Positions 17,531-27,086 of a DNA stretch of 64,000 nucleotides are shown here, one piece after another (position 1 is the stretch's first letter; each line of letters begins with the position of its first letter). The position numbers and the translations under genes were made by a program. The notes under the pieces are model-generated. The model did not search any database. It was given only the letters and a program-made list of their open reading frames with translations, and was not told the origin of the DNA. The DNA is from Coriobacteriia bacterium (lineage in GTDB: Bacteria; Actinomycetota; Coriobacteriia; Anaerosomatales; Anaerosomataceae): contig JAFGVD010000019.1 in NCBI GenBank assembly GCA_016938135.1, positions 9,831 through 73,830 on the forward strand. Reading direction: 5' to 3'.

Positions 17531-17716
17531 CGGGAGCAGTCCAAGGTCCATCCATGGGTCAAGCTCTGTGGCTCCCGGCGCACTGGCGCCACCCACAAGC
17601 GTCAACCAGCCACCCAGCGCCACGCCGACAGCCGCTCCCACCGCCCAGCCCGCTGCCCACATGAGCGCACGTCCAAGCGAGAACGGCTTCCCGCCACCCG
17701 CGACGAGCGCCATCAT
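17351..17716 (-). CDS. Possible small membrane protein (121 aa) at the end of the ABC transporter operon
   Basis: The junction reads GAAGGAG-TAG-ATGATG: the permease stop is directly followed by the start codons, and a strong SD lies inside the permease 3' end. Gly/Ala/Trp-rich hydrophobic N-terminal half. The first 62 codons have no competing annotated gene. Confidence 0.4.
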   Translation of the reverse strand: MMALVAGGGKPFSLGRALMWAAGWAVGAAVGVALGGWLTLVGGASAPGATELDPWMDLGLLPLVAFGAAFVVHVVGQLIAAMIRGRRADSGSDSDDKNPDADHDSVGRKVGSEVHPAQDPS

Positions 17717-18670
17717 CTACTCCTTCTCGTATGGCTTGCCAACCGCGGCCGGACCCACTGCGCGTCCGATGACACCCGCAAGCACCACAACGGTCAACAC
17801 GTAGGGCAGCATGAGGAAGAACTGGGGCGGGATGTTGATCTCGCCTCGGAAGATCTGCAGCTTGATCTGCAGCGCGTCTGCGAAACCGAAGAGCAGCGAG
17901 GCAAGATAGGAGCCGACAGGCGTCCAATGGCCGAAGATGTTCGCGGCAAGTGCGATGAAACCGCGGCCGTTGGTCATGTTCTCTGTGAAGCTCCCAACCT
18001 GCTCCAAAGTCAGATTGGCACCAGCCAGCCCAGCCAGCCCGCCACTCATAAGGACCGCGATCCAACGACCGCGAATGACGCTCACGCCAACGGTATCAAC
18101 GGCACGCGGGTGCTCGCCCAACGCCCGCAGGTGCAATCCCCAACGGGTACGGAACATGGCCCACTGCGCCACGATGGCGATGATGATAGCCATATAGACG
18201 ATGGGTGTGTGTGAAAGGAATATGCCGTTGATCCAGTTCCATATCGTTCCAAAGAATCCGTCATCGGACATCGCGAACTTGAAAACAGGCCCCAGAGTAC
18301 CCGTGGGGTCAGTGGTTCCCGGATGACCATAGAGACGCTCCATCATGAAGCCCGTCACGCCAAGCGCCAGGATGTTGATGGCCGTACCGGAGACTACCTG
18401 ATCCGAGCGCAGGTTGATGGACGCAAACGCGTGTATCGCCGAGACCGCAACTCCGGATACGACCGCCGCGATGATGCCGAGCCACGCGTTGCCCGTTGCC
18501 AGAGTGATGACTGTCCCGAAGAATGCACCGACCAGCATCATGCCCTCAAGTGCGATGTTCACTACGCCCGAACGCTCGCAGATCGTGCCTCCGATGGCCG
18601 CAAGCGCCAGCGGTGTGGCCATGCGTAGCGCCGAGGCGAACAGATCCGGTGTGATGATGTCACCCAGCAT
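17717..18670 (-). CDS. ABC transporter permease (BMP/nucleoside-type importer, second permease)
   Basis: 317-aa polytopic protein in an operon with a BMP-family binding protein and a duplicated-ATPase subunit. Resembles YufQ/NupC-type permeases. Confidence 0.85.
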   Translation of the reverse strand: MLGDIITPDLFASALRMATPLALAAIGGTICERSGVVNIALEGMMLVGAFFGTVITLATGNAWLGIIAAVVSGVAVSAIHAFASINLRSDQVVSGTAINILALGVTGFMMERLYGHPGTTDPTGTLGPVFKFAMSDDGFFGTIWNWINGIFLSHTPIVYMAIIIAIVAQWAMFRTRWGLHLRALGEHPRAVDTVGVSVIRGRWIAVLMSGGLAGLAGANLTLEQVGSFTENMTNGRGFIALAANIFGHWTPVGSYLASLLFGFADALQIKLQIFRGEINIPPQFFLMLPYVLTVVVLAGVIGRAVGPAAVGKPYEKE

Positions 18671-19787
18671 GGCTCAACGCCTCCTTCTGGCGACGCTTGA
18701 TGAACCATTTGAAGATCTCCTCGGCAGCCACGAAGAAGATGACCAAGGCCTGAATGATCAAGATGATCTTCTGGGGCACACCCGCCTCTAGCTGCATGGT
18801 ACCCGCGCCGGCCGTCAGCCCTCCGAAGAGTATGGCAGCGGGAATGACGCCGAGCGGGTGATTCTTGGCCAACAACGCGACTGCGATGCCCGTGAAGCCG
18901 AATCCGGATGAGAACTGATCGAATATGCGGTAGTGCACCCCCATCACCTCGACGGCGCCCGCCAATCCGGCGAATGCACCCGAGATGCACAGAGCCTTGA
19001 CCGTCGTCCACTGAACGGATATTCCGCCGGTCTCCGACGCCCAGGGGTTGAAACCCACTGCGCGGTTCTCATAGCCCAGGGTCGTGTACTTGAGAATGAA
19101 CCAGACGAACAGGGCAGCCACGAGAGCGACCACGATGCCCAGGTGCGTCCGCCCAAGGTTCAAAAACGGGAGAGCATCCAACGTGGACTCGCCGAACAGC
19201 GTCTGGATTCGGGGAAGCTGAGCACCGGTCGGCAAGGCCACAGTCTGCGGAATCTGCCCCGGGGCCTTCAGGGGGCCAACGACGAGCCACGAAACGATGT
19301 AGCGGGCGATATAGCTGAACATCATCGTCGTGATGACTTCATGCGCACCCACCCGGGCTTTCAAGATGGCCGGCACGAATGCCCAGGCTGCCCCGGCAAG
19401 CATCGAGGCTAGAAGAAGCATCGGCACCATGATGATCCAGGGCAGACCGGTGACGGCTACGCCAAGCCATGCTACAGCCAGTCCACCCATGAACAACTGA
19501 CCTTCGGCGCCGATGTTGAACAGATTGGCTCGAAACCCGTATGCCAACGCAAGACCAGTGAGTATGAGCGGCGTCGATCGGAGCAGCGTATCTCCTATCT
19601 GCTTCGGGCCACCAAAAGAGCCTTTGAACAATGCGGCGAAAGCCGCCACGGGGTCGTACCCCGAGGTCCACATGATCACAGACCCTACAATGATCGCCAG
19701 AACGACCGAGGCCAGTGGAATGCCCACCTTCTGGGCGACCGACATCCATGCCTTTTGGGCAGGCAGCGTCTCCCTTGTCTCGCTCAT
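18660..19787 (-). CDS. ABC transporter permease (BMP/nucleoside-type importer, first permease)
   Basis: 375-aa polytopic protein. Overlaps the ATPase stop by 4 nt and the next permease by 11 nt. Confidence 0.85.
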   Translation of the reverse strand: MSETRETLPAQKAWMSVAQKVGIPLASVVLAIIVGSVIMWTSGYDPVAAFAALFKGSFGGPKQIGDTLLRSTPLILTGLALAYGFRANLFNIGAEGQLFMGGLAVAWLGVAVTGLPWIIMVPMLLLASMLAGAAWAFVPAILKARVGAHEVITTMMFSYIARYIVSWLVVGPLKAPGQIPQTVALPTGAQLPRIQTLFGESTLDALPFLNLGRTHLGIVVALVAALFVWFILKYTTLGYENRAVGFNPWASETGGISVQWTTVKALCISGAFAGLAGAVEVMGVHYRIFDQFSSGFGFTGIAVALLAKNHPLGVIPAAILFGGLTAGAGTMQLEAGVPQKIILIIQALVIFFVAAEEIFKWFIKRRQKEALSHAG

Positions 19788-21340
19788 GAGTCTCCCTCAG
19801 TCATCTCGACATGCTCTGCTTCGCCATCCAGCTTCGAGCCTCCGCCGCCTGTCATGTAGTAGCCAAGCGTCTCCTCGTCCACTTCGTCAACCGTGAATTC
19901 CTGCACGATGCGGCCTTCAAATATGACGAGGATTCTGTCCGCCAGCGACAGCACTTCTTCAAGCTCCAGGCTGACCAGCAAGACCGCCTTGCCGTTCTCT
20001 CTCTCGGCCAGGATCTGCTTGTGAACGAACTCGATGGAACCCACATCAAGACCACGTGTCGGCTGCGCCGCAACAAGAAGCTCAGGGTTGCGCCCTATCT
20101 CACGGGCAACGACCACCTTCTGCTGGTTGCCCCCGGATAGGTTGGATGCCAGCACGTGCCACGAGGGCGTGCGGACGTCGTAGTCTTCGATGCGCCTCTC
20201 AGCAACACCGGCGATGGCCGAGGGGTGCATTATCCCGTGGGATGCGAACGGCGGCAATCGGTGGTCACCCAGGATGAGGTTCTCCGCCAGGTCGAATTCA
20301 AGCACGAGTCCTCGCCGGTGACGGTCCTCGGGGATGTGCGAGACGCCAGCCTCGATAGAGGCTCTTGCGGAGGCATGCGTGATATCGAGGCCTTTCAGCT
20401 GCAGGCTTCCAGAAGAGGGCCGTCGTAGCCCCACGATGGCTTCGACCAATTCGCTCTGCCCGTTGCCGCTGACTCCCGCGAGTGCGACGACCTCGCCTCC
20501 GCAGACCGTGAAGGACACACCCCGCACCGCCTCAAGTCCCCTGTCGTCACGGACTTCGAGGTCAGTGACCTCAAGCACCTGCGCACCGCAGGTGGACGGG
20601 CCCTTCTCCACGCTCAAGACCACGTCACGTCCGACCATCATGCGGGCGAGGCCCACATCATCGGTCTCCGACGGCTTCGTCTCCCCCACGACCTTGCCGT
20701 CGCGCATGACGACGATTCGGTCCGAGACGGACATCACTTCCTCAAGCTTGTGGGTGATGAACACCACTGACAGCCCCTCGTCGACCAAAGAACGGACGAC
20801 CCGGAAAAGCTCCTTGACTTCTTGAGGCGTGAGGACGGCGGTGGGTTCATCCAGGATGAGGACGCTAGCACCCTGGTACAACGCCTTCAAGATCTCAACG
20901 CGCTGCTGCATGCCAACGGAGAGATCCATGATCTTGGCATCAGGGTCTACCTTCAGCCCGTAACGTGCGGATATCTCCTGGACCTTCTGACGCGCAGTGG
21001 CAAAATCGATGACGCCAAGCCGCCCGGGCTCGCGGCCGAGGATGATGTTCTCGGTCACCGTCAACGGCTCCACCAGCATGAAGTGCTGATGCACCATCCC
21101 GATTCCGAGGTCGATGGCCTGACGAGGGGACTTGATCTTGACCATCTCGCCATTGACGAGTATCTGACCGCCGTCGCTGGACATCAGCCCGTATACGACG
21201 TTCATCAGCGTGGACTTACCAGCGCCGTTCTCCCCTAGCAGAGCAACGATCTCTCCACGCTCGAGTTCGAGCGAGACTCGATCATTGGCTACGACACCAG
21301 GGAAGATCTTCGTGATCTCACGCAGTTCGAGTACCGGCAT
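19784..21340 (-). CDS. ABC transporter ATP-binding protein with two fused ABC domains
   Basis: 518 aa. First Walker A GENGAGKST and signature-like LSVGMQQRVEI. Second Walker A GVSGNGQSE and signature LSGGNQQKVVV. This pattern is typical of sugar/nucleoside CUT2 importer ATPases. Confidence 0.92.
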   Translation of the reverse strand: MPVLELREITKIFPGVVANDRVSLELERGEIVALLGENGAGKSTLMNVVYGLMSSDGGQILVNGEMVKIKSPRQAIDLGIGMVHQHFMLVEPLTVTENIILGREPGRLGVIDFATARQKVQEISARYGLKVDPDAKIMDLSVGMQQRVEILKALYQGASVLILDEPTAVLTPQEVKELFRVVRSLVDEGLSVVFITHKLEEVMSVSDRIVVMRDGKVVGETKPSETDDVGLARMMVGRDVVLSVEKGPSTCGAQVLEVTDLEVRDDRGLEAVRGVSFTVCGGEVVALAGVSGNGQSELVEAIVGLRRPSSGSLQLKGLDITHASARASIEAGVSHIPEDRHRRGLVLEFDLAENLILGDHRLPPFASHGIMHPSAIAGVAERRIEDYDVRTPSWHVLASNLSGGNQQKVVVAREIGRNPELLVAAQPTRGLDVGSIEFVHKQILAERENGKAVLLVSLELEEVLSLADRILVIFEGRIVQEFTVDEVDEETLGYYMTGGGGSKLDGEAEHVEMTEGDS

Positions 21341-21370
21341 CGGCGGTCCTCTCGAATCGTCCTGACATCG

Positions 21371-21413
21371 GCAGAAAGATGAGGGACGACTGGACGTACC
21401 AGCCGCCCCTCAT
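21371..21413 (-). terminator. Intercistronic stem-loop (partial terminator or mRNA stabiliser) after the binding-protein gene
   Basis: The minus-strand RNA is AUGAGGGGCG-(15-nt loop)-CGUCCCUCAU, 10 bp including one G-U, followed by CUUUCUGC. It lies between the solute-binding gene and the ATPase gene, a common arrangement in ABC operons. Confidence 0.5.
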
Positions 21414-21458
21414 AGTGTAGCGCATCAGCGACAAGCTAGACGTCGCTGAAAGTGATGC

Positions 21459-22535
21459 CTACGGGGCCTCGGGGACTGTGACCGCACCGCTAATGATGTC
21501 CGTACGAGCGGATTCAACAGCGTCCTTGATCGCCTGGGGCACCTTGGTCTCAAAGTCGTGGTAGGGAGCAAGGTCCACGCCACCCTCAGCAAGACCGAAC
21601 ACCTGGATCTGACCACCAGGGAACGACCCGTCAACCATAGCCTTGATGGTCTCATAGACCGCGTTGTCGACGCGCTTCATCATCGAGGTCAGCATGACGT
21701 CACCCGAGTCAGGAACGGTCAGGTACTGGTCAGCGTCAACGCCGATGAACAGCGCACCCTTGTCCTTGCACGCCTCGATGGTACCCAGGCCTACTGCACC
21801 GGCCGCGGCATAGATGACATCTGCCTTCTGCTCGATCAGCGAGTAGCCGAGTTCCTTACCCTTTGCGATGTCGGTGAAGTTGCCCGCATACAGCGAGATG
21901 ACCTTGACATCAGGGTTGACGGATTTCGCGCCGGCGATGAATCCAGCCTCGAACTTCTGGATCAACGGGATATCCATGCCGCCTACGAAGCCGATCGTGT
22001 TGTCGCTGTTGAGCTTGCTGTCAAAGGAGTCAAGCGTGGCCAGACCGGCGACGACGCCAGCGAGGTAGCTACCTTCCTGCTCCTTGAAGTTCAGGCCCAC
22101 AACGTTGCTCGGGACGGGATCGAAGAACTCATCCACGCCACCGAAGTTCGTGTCCGGGTACATCGGTGCAACCTTGGCAACGGTATCGGTCATAAGGAAA
22201 CCGACGGCGAAGATCGGGTTGTAGCCAGCAGTAGCGAGCTGGTCGATGTTGGACTCGTAGTCAGTGATCTCTCGAGACTCAAGCACTTCGATCTCAACGC
22301 CAAGCTCCTGCTCCGCGCGCTGAAGACCTTCGTATGACAGGTCGTTGAAGGACTTGTCACCCAATCCGCCGACATCGGTGACCATGGCAGCCTTGATATC
22401 GGTCTTGGGCTCTTCGGTCACCGGCTCTTCGGTCGTCGGCTCTTCGGTGTCGTCACTCGCACAACCAGGTACAAAAGCGACAAGCAGCGTCAGAGCCAGC
22501 AGTACTGCGATTGTAGATCTCCACTTACGATTCAC
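21459..22535 (-). CDS. BMP-family (Med/PnrA-like) ABC transporter substrate-binding lipoprotein
   Basis: Lipobox LVAFVPGCAS, then a BMP-like body (MVTDVGGLGDKSFND, GFVGGMDIPLIQKFEAGF). Start set at GTG 22535 after AAGGAGG; the ORF track extends 22 codons further upstream. Confidence 0.85.
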   Translation of the reverse strand: MNRKWRSTIAVLLALTLLVAFVPGCASDDTEEPTTEEPVTEEPKTDIKAAMVTDVGGLGDKSFNDLSYEGLQRAEQELGVEIEVLESREITDYESNIDQLATAGYNPIFAVGFLMTDTVAKVAPMYPDTNFGGVDEFFDPVPSNVVGLNFKEQEGSYLAGVVAGLATLDSFDSKLNSDNTIGFVGGMDIPLIQKFEAGFIAGAKSVNPDVKVISLYAGNFTDIAKGKELGYSLIEQKADVIYAAAGAVGLGTIEACKDKGALFIGVDADQYLTVPDSGDVMLTSMMKRVDNAVYETIKAMVDGSFPGGQIQVFGLAEGGVDLAPYHDFETKVPQAIKDAVESARTDIISGAVTVPEAP

Positions 22536-22651
22536 GCTCGATCCGCCTCCTTGGAAAGACAACCGGCACACCCTATTCATTCTAACCCTCTCCGCATGCA
22601 TCTAACACTGCTGTACGTGCCCAATAGCAGAATTCTTCACCCGGTAGCACC

Positions 22652-23557
22652 CTATCTGAGCCTTGCCCTTGGGTGAGTAGAGAGGTACTCCTCCCTGATA
22701 TGGGTGCGGTCCACGTGCGTATAGATCTGCGTCGTTGAGATATCAGCATGGCCGAGCATCTCCTGAAGCGCCCGCAGATCGGCTCCTCCTTGCAGCATAT
22801 GCGTTGCAAACGAGTGCCGAAGCGTGTGTGGATGCAACTCAAGTCCCACCAGACCACCGTAGCGTCGCACCATGATGAAGACAGCCTGTCGCGTCAGTCG
22901 TTGACCTCGCTGATTGAGCAGCAGTGCCGAAGGATCCTGTCGCAAAGTGGCCTTCTTGGCGCGCAGGTACGGACGCCCATGTTCCAGGTACTCGCGCAAA
23001 GCCAGATCCGCGGCTCCGCCTACAGGAACCAGCCGCTCCTTGCTCCCCTTGCCGAACACACGCACGAACCCGGAGTCCGGATCGAGATCGGAAACATCCA
23101 GGCCTACAAGCTCACTCACGCGCATGCCGCAGCCGTAAAGGACCTCAAGCATGCAGCGATCCCTGTATCCAACCGGCCCTTCAGGAAACGGCTGTGAAAG
23201 CAGCTTGTCTGCCTCAGCCACGGAGATCACATCCGGAAGGCGCTCCGGCACCTTGGGGAGCGGTAGTAGCGCGGTAGGCAAAGAATCGGTGATCCCCTCT
23301 CGGACAAGGAACTTGTGGTAGCTCTTCACGGCCGAGACCTTGCGCTCCACGCTGGCCGGCGCCAACCCCTCGGCCCGTAGCGTGCGCACAAAAGAGCTCA
23401 GATCCTCTCGGCCGGCACAAGACAGCTCCTTGACGCCGCGGGCGCCCAGCAACGCGGCGTACTGGGTCAAGTCGCGACGATACGCCTCGATAGTGAGCGG
23501 AGACGCCCCACGCTCGACGGCAAGATGGCCGAGAAACTCCTCAATAGTAGGATCCAT
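22652..23557 (-). CDS. xerD: Tyrosine site-specific recombinase XerD
   Basis: N-terminal MDPTIEEFLGHLAVERGASPLTIEAYRRDL. Catalytic region HPHTLRHSFATHML ... LGHADISTTQIYTHV (R-H-R-Y tetrad context). Linked to pyrG as in M. tuberculosis. Start at ATG 23557. Confidence 0.85.
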   Translation of the reverse strand: MDPTIEEFLGHLAVERGASPLTIEAYRRDLTQYAALLGARGVKELSCAGREDLSSFVRTLRAEGLAPASVERKVSAVKSYHKFLVREGITDSLPTALLPLPKVPERLPDVISVAEADKLLSQPFPEGPVGYRDRCMLEVLYGCGMRVSELVGLDVSDLDPDSGFVRVFGKGSKERLVPVGGAADLALREYLEHGRPYLRAKKATLRQDPSALLLNQRGQRLTRQAVFIMVRRYGGLVGLELHPHTLRHSFATHMLQGGADLRALQEMLGHADISTTQIYTHVDRTHIREEYLSTHPRARLR

Positions 23558-23563
23558 AGGTCG

Positions 23564-23572
23564 ATTATCGCA
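23564..23572 (-). promoter_or_regulatory. Extended -10 element TGCGATAAT placed for a leaderless xerD mRNA
   Basis: Minus-strand reading is GGTGCGATAATCGACCTATG. The TGn+GATAAT element ends 6 nt before ATG 23557. No SD is present. It lies directly downstream of the ald terminator. Confidence 0.35.
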
Positions 23573-23600
23573 CCACGGGCGGGTTCCACCAGCTTCAAGC

Positions 23601-23632
23601 ACAAAAAGGGCGACCCGAGGGCCGCCCTTTGC
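23601..23632 (-). terminator. Rho-independent terminator after ald
   Basis: The minus-strand RNA is AAAGGGCG-gcccucgggu-CGCCCUUU followed by UUGUG. It starts 19 nt after the ald TAA. Confidence 0.7.
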
Positions 23633-23650
23633 GTTCGATGTCGCGATACG

Positions 23651-24763
23651 TTAGATCAGACGATCGAGCGGAGTATAGTTCATGCCGTGCGCGTCGGCGA
23701 CGGGTTTGTAGGTGATCTTGCCGTCGAGGACGTTGACGCCCTTGGCCAGCGCTGCGTCGTCGGTGACCGCCTGCTGCCAACCCTTGTTGGCGATGGCCAG
23801 ACCATAGCGGAGCGTCGCGTTGGTGAGCGCCACCGTCGAGGTGTTGGGAACCGCACCCGGCATGTTCGCCACACCGTAGTGCAGCACGCCATCGACGAAG
23901 AACGTGGGGTCCGCATGCGTCGTTGCGTGCGTGGTCTCGATGCAACCGCCCTGGTCGACGGATACGTCAACCACAACAGAGCCGCGCTTCATGCTGGGGA
24001 GCATGTCCTTGGTCACCAGGTACGGAGTCTTGGCACCCGGAAGCAGGACGGCACCGATCACGAGGTCCGCCTCGAACACCGCATTCTCGATGTTGTGCTT
24101 GCTGGAATAGATAGTGCGCATCCGGTTGCCCCAGATCTCGTCGAGGTAACGCAGACGGTCAAGGTTGACGTCCATGATCGTGACATCCGCACCCATCCCC
24201 ATCGCAACGTATGCGGCATTCGTACCAACGACACCGCCGCCGAGAACGACGACCTTTGCGGGGTACGTGCCGGGAACGCCACCCATGAGGACACCGCGTC
24301 CGCCGTTCGGCTTCTGCAGATAGGCTGCACCGACCTGTGCGGCCATGCGACCGGCGACCTCGGACATCGGCGCCAGCAACGGAAGGGACCGGTTGGGAAG
24401 CTCGACGGTCTCGTACGCGATGCAGACGGCGCCCGACTTGATGAGGCCCTGAGTCTGCTCGAGGTCTGGAGCAAGGTGCAGGTAGGTATAGAGGATCTGA
24501 CCGGGGCGCAGACGCGCGATCTCGACGGCCTGGGGCTCTTTGACCTTCACAATCATGTCAGCCCGGGCGAAGATCTCCTCGGCAGAATCGATGATCTCGG
24601 CACCAGCAGCAAGATATTCATCATCGGCGAAAGAAGAACCCTCCCCCGCTGACTTCTCCACGAGAACAGAATGACCATGCGCCACGAACTCGCGCGCACC
24701 ACCCGGGGTCATGCCTACCCGGAACTCGTTGTTCTTGATCTCCTTTGGCACACCGATAATCAC
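23651..24763 (-). CDS. ald: L-alanine dehydrogenase
   Basis: 370 aa. N-terminus (M)[21 protein letters not shown] and NAD-binding [17 protein letters not shown] start follows GAGGAG. Confidence 0.95.
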   Translation of the reverse strand: MIIGVPKEIKNNEFRVGMTPGGAREFVAHGHSVLVEKSAGEGSSFADDEYLAAGAEIIDSAEEIFARADMIVKVKEPQAVEIARLRPGQILYTYLHLAPDLEQTQGLIKSGAVCIAYETVELPNRSLPLLAPMSEVAGRMAAQVGAAYLQKPNGGRGVLMGGVPGTYPAKVVVLGGGVVGTNAAYVAMGMGADVTIMDVNLDRLRYLDEIWGNRMRTIYSSKHNIENAVFEADLVIGAVLLPGAKTPYLVTKDMLPSMKRGSVVVDVSVDQGGCIETTHATTHADPTFFVDGVLHYGVANMPGAVPNTSTVALTNATLRYGLAIANKGWQQAVTDDAALAKGVNVLDGKITYKPVADAHGMNYTPLDRLI

Positions 24764-24901
24764 GTTCGTCTCCTCAGCTCAGGATTGCCATACATTGACG
24801 TGCATACGCGATGCGGTCAACGGCATCGAGCGCCGTATAACTTGACCACATGAGAACCTTGGTAAGTGTATCCCAGCCGCGCACCCGGCACCAGTCAGAA
24901 A

Positions 24902-25972
24902 CTACGATATCCGGGCCGCTGCCGCACAACCCGCAGCGACCGCCGCGGCGAAGAACACCGGGTCGTCTTCAGCCCCCCTGCCCATCGAGCGCATGCTGAT
25001 GCCACGCGTGTCCGGCATGCCGCCGATCTCCACACGCTCAATGTGGTGCTTCTCGGCGATCATATCGACTGCAAGGGCACTGACCATCCCGTCGATCATA
25101 GGCGATTCCAGCTCCGGCACTGGTACGACCACCCTCACGAGCGCGATCTTCCCAAGAGCGGTAAGCGTGTGGTGACTGACCCCTTGATGCCTGGGTCTGG
25201 AATCAGCGGACGAGACCCGCAAACAGGCCACAGGCACGCCTCCCAGCGACCCCACTGCGTTCATGGCCTCCCCCTGCGCGACTCCACCGTGTCCGAACGG
25301 AGTGGCGGTACCTACCACGCCCGGCCCTATGGCCACCACGGCCACATCTGCTCCGGCCACATGACGCGCAGCAAGAAGCGCCGAGTGAAGATTGACCGCT
25401 TCGATATCCCCGCCAAACGCCTGACCGGAGGTGATCGTCGCGTTGACGAGTCCTGCTGCGGTCATGCGGCTGACGACTTGCGAAAGCGCCAGAGGAAGCG
25501 CAGCTCCATCGGTCATGACGTAGGCGACGCGCGCCTCAGGACGAGCCCGCTTCACAGCGGCGGTTACAGGCAGGACCTGACTATGCAGGCCACAGCAGAC
25601 CACCGGCATCCCATCCAGCGTAGTGGCATGGGCCATCGTATCGTGATGAGGACTCCCCTGCTCCTCGACCGAAAGCACGTCACGTTGCAGGGGCGTGTAA
25701 CGGAGCTTCATGATATGGCCCGCTGAGGGTTCGTCGAACACGACGCCCCGGATTCCCCGGGCGACAACCAGATGGTCGCCGCCGGTCCCCAGGCCGAGGT
25801 CTACGGCCGTGGTATTGACCAACACGCGGTCTCCCCGTGCACAGCGGCCGCTGAGCATCGTGTAACACAAGGCCTGCGGCCCGGACTCGCCCTCGTCAAG
25901 CAATACATCCAGACGCTGGAGTCCCTCCAGATCCTGCACGATCTTGCCGACGGTCGCCCAGACCAGACGCAT
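24902..25972 (-). CDS. Conserved hypothetical protein, DUF3866-like
   Basis: 356 aa. Motifs VNTTAVDLGLGTGG and GHIMKLRYTPLQ match what I remember of the DUF3866 family; that assignment is from memory only. Starts 2 nt after the M20 peptidase stop. Confidence 0.55.
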   Translation of the reverse strand: MRLVWATVGKIVQDLEGLQRLDVLLDEGESGPQALCYTMLSGRCARGDRVLVNTTAVDLGLGTGGDHLVVARGIRGVVFDEPSAGHIMKLRYTPLQRDVLSVEEQGSPHHDTMAHATTLDGMPVVCCGLHSQVLPVTAAVKRARPEARVAYVMTDGAALPLALSQVVSRMTAAGLVNATITSGQAFGGDIEAVNLHSALLAARHVAGADVAVVAIGPGVVGTATPFGHGGVAQGEAMNAVGSLGGVPVACLRVSSADSRPRHQGVSHHTLTALGKIALVRVVVPVPELESPMIDGMVSALAVDMIAEKHHIERVEIGGMPDTRGISMRSMGRGAEDDPVFFAAAVAAGCAAAARIS

Positions 25973-25974
25973 TG

Positions 25975-27084
25975 CTATCCCACCGCACGGAGGACGACTG
26001 CCTCCAGCAGGTCGGCAAGCAGCCCGAGCTGACGAAGGTCAAGACTCTCGTCCACGCTGTGAACGTCGGTCATGCCGCTTGACAGGACGATCGTGGGTAC
26101 GCCTTTCGCCGAAAGGATGTTGCCATCACTGCCGCCACCGGTCCCGAACAGCCGCGCAGGGACACCGATATCGGCACAGGCTTCGGTCACCAGGGATATC
26201 TCGGGTGAATCATCGTCAAAGCGGAAGCCTTCGTACTCCAGGACCCACTCCACATCAACGGTGCCGCCCATCTGCTCCGCCGCACTGCGCATCGCCAGAT
26301 CCATCGAATCACGGACGGCGCCTGCTCGAGCGTGACTGAGCGAACGGCACTCACCCGTCACGACACAAGAGGGCGCAACCACGTTGGTGGCCGAACCGCC
26401 GACTATCGTGCCGATATTCGAGGTCGTCTCGGCGTCCAATCGTCCAAGCTCCATCGCGGCTATGGCACGCGATGCCATGATGACCGCCGAGACGCCACGC
26501 TCAGGCTCCACACCCGCGTGTGACGCCCGGCCATTGAAGGTGGCCTCGAAGGTATAGTGGGTCGGAGCCGCGGTCACAACGCCGCCCACATCTCCGGCCG
26601 CATCCAGGACTAGACACAGGTCGCCAACCAGTTCATCTGCGCTCATCGCCTTGGCGCCAAGCAGTGCGCTCTCCTCGCCCACAGTCATCAACACGCGTAC
26701 CTCTGCGTGCTTTCCACCGTTCTGCGCAAGGCGCTGCATGAGCTCGATGATCGCCGCGATCCCCGACTTGTCGTCTCCGCCCAGGATGGTGTCGCCCGAC
26801 GAATACACAACACCATCGCGCACTTCCGGCTTGACACCGCGGCACGGCTCGACGCAGTCCATGTGCGCCGAGAAGACCAACGTCTTGCCGGGAGCGGTCG
26901 CCGGAAGCACTGCAATGAGGTTGCCGGTATCAGAGCCCGTTTGCGCCTGCGTATCGTCGAAACGAACAGCGCATCCCGAGTCGCTAAGAGCCGCAGCGAC
27001 ATAGCGTGCGACCTCGCTCTCGTGGCCGGACGGGCTGTCTATGCGGACGAGGTCCAGGAAAGTCTGAGTGAGACGATCGGTCAC
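25975..27084 (-). CDS. M20-family metallopeptidase (PepT/tripeptidase-like)
   Basis: 369 aa. Motifs LVRIDSPSGHE, SAHMDCVEP and GGDDKSGIAAIIE are M20B-type metal and catalytic motifs. Starts 2 nt after the pyrG stop. Confidence 0.85.
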   Translation of the reverse strand: MTDRLTQTFLDLVRIDSPSGHESEVARYVAAALSDSGCAVRFDDTQAQTGSDTGNLIAVLPATAPGKTLVFSAHMDCVEPCRGVKPEVRDGVVYSSGDTILGGDDKSGIAAIIELMQRLAQNGGKHAEVRVLMTVGEESALLGAKAMSADELVGDLCLVLDAAGDVGGVVTAAPTHYTFEATFNGRASHAGVEPERGVSAVIMASRAIAAMELGRLDAETTSNIGTIVGGSATNVVAPSCVVTGECRSLSHARAGAVRDSMDLAMRSAAEQMGGTVDVEWVLEYEGFRFDDDSPEISLVTEACADIGVPARLFGTGGGSDGNILSAKGVPTIVLSSGMTDVHSVDESLDLRQLGLLADLLEAVVLRAVG

Positions 27085-27086
27085 TG

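Noticed and set aside
22536-24901. A dif-like XerCD recombination site, or integrated-element borders, near xerD
   Set aside because: There is no 28-bp imperfect palindrome of the dif type, and no flanking direct repeats, integrase-associated tRNA or foreign-looking genes. xerD sits in its conserved pyrG-linked position, so it is the housekeeping recombinase rather than a mobile-element integrase.
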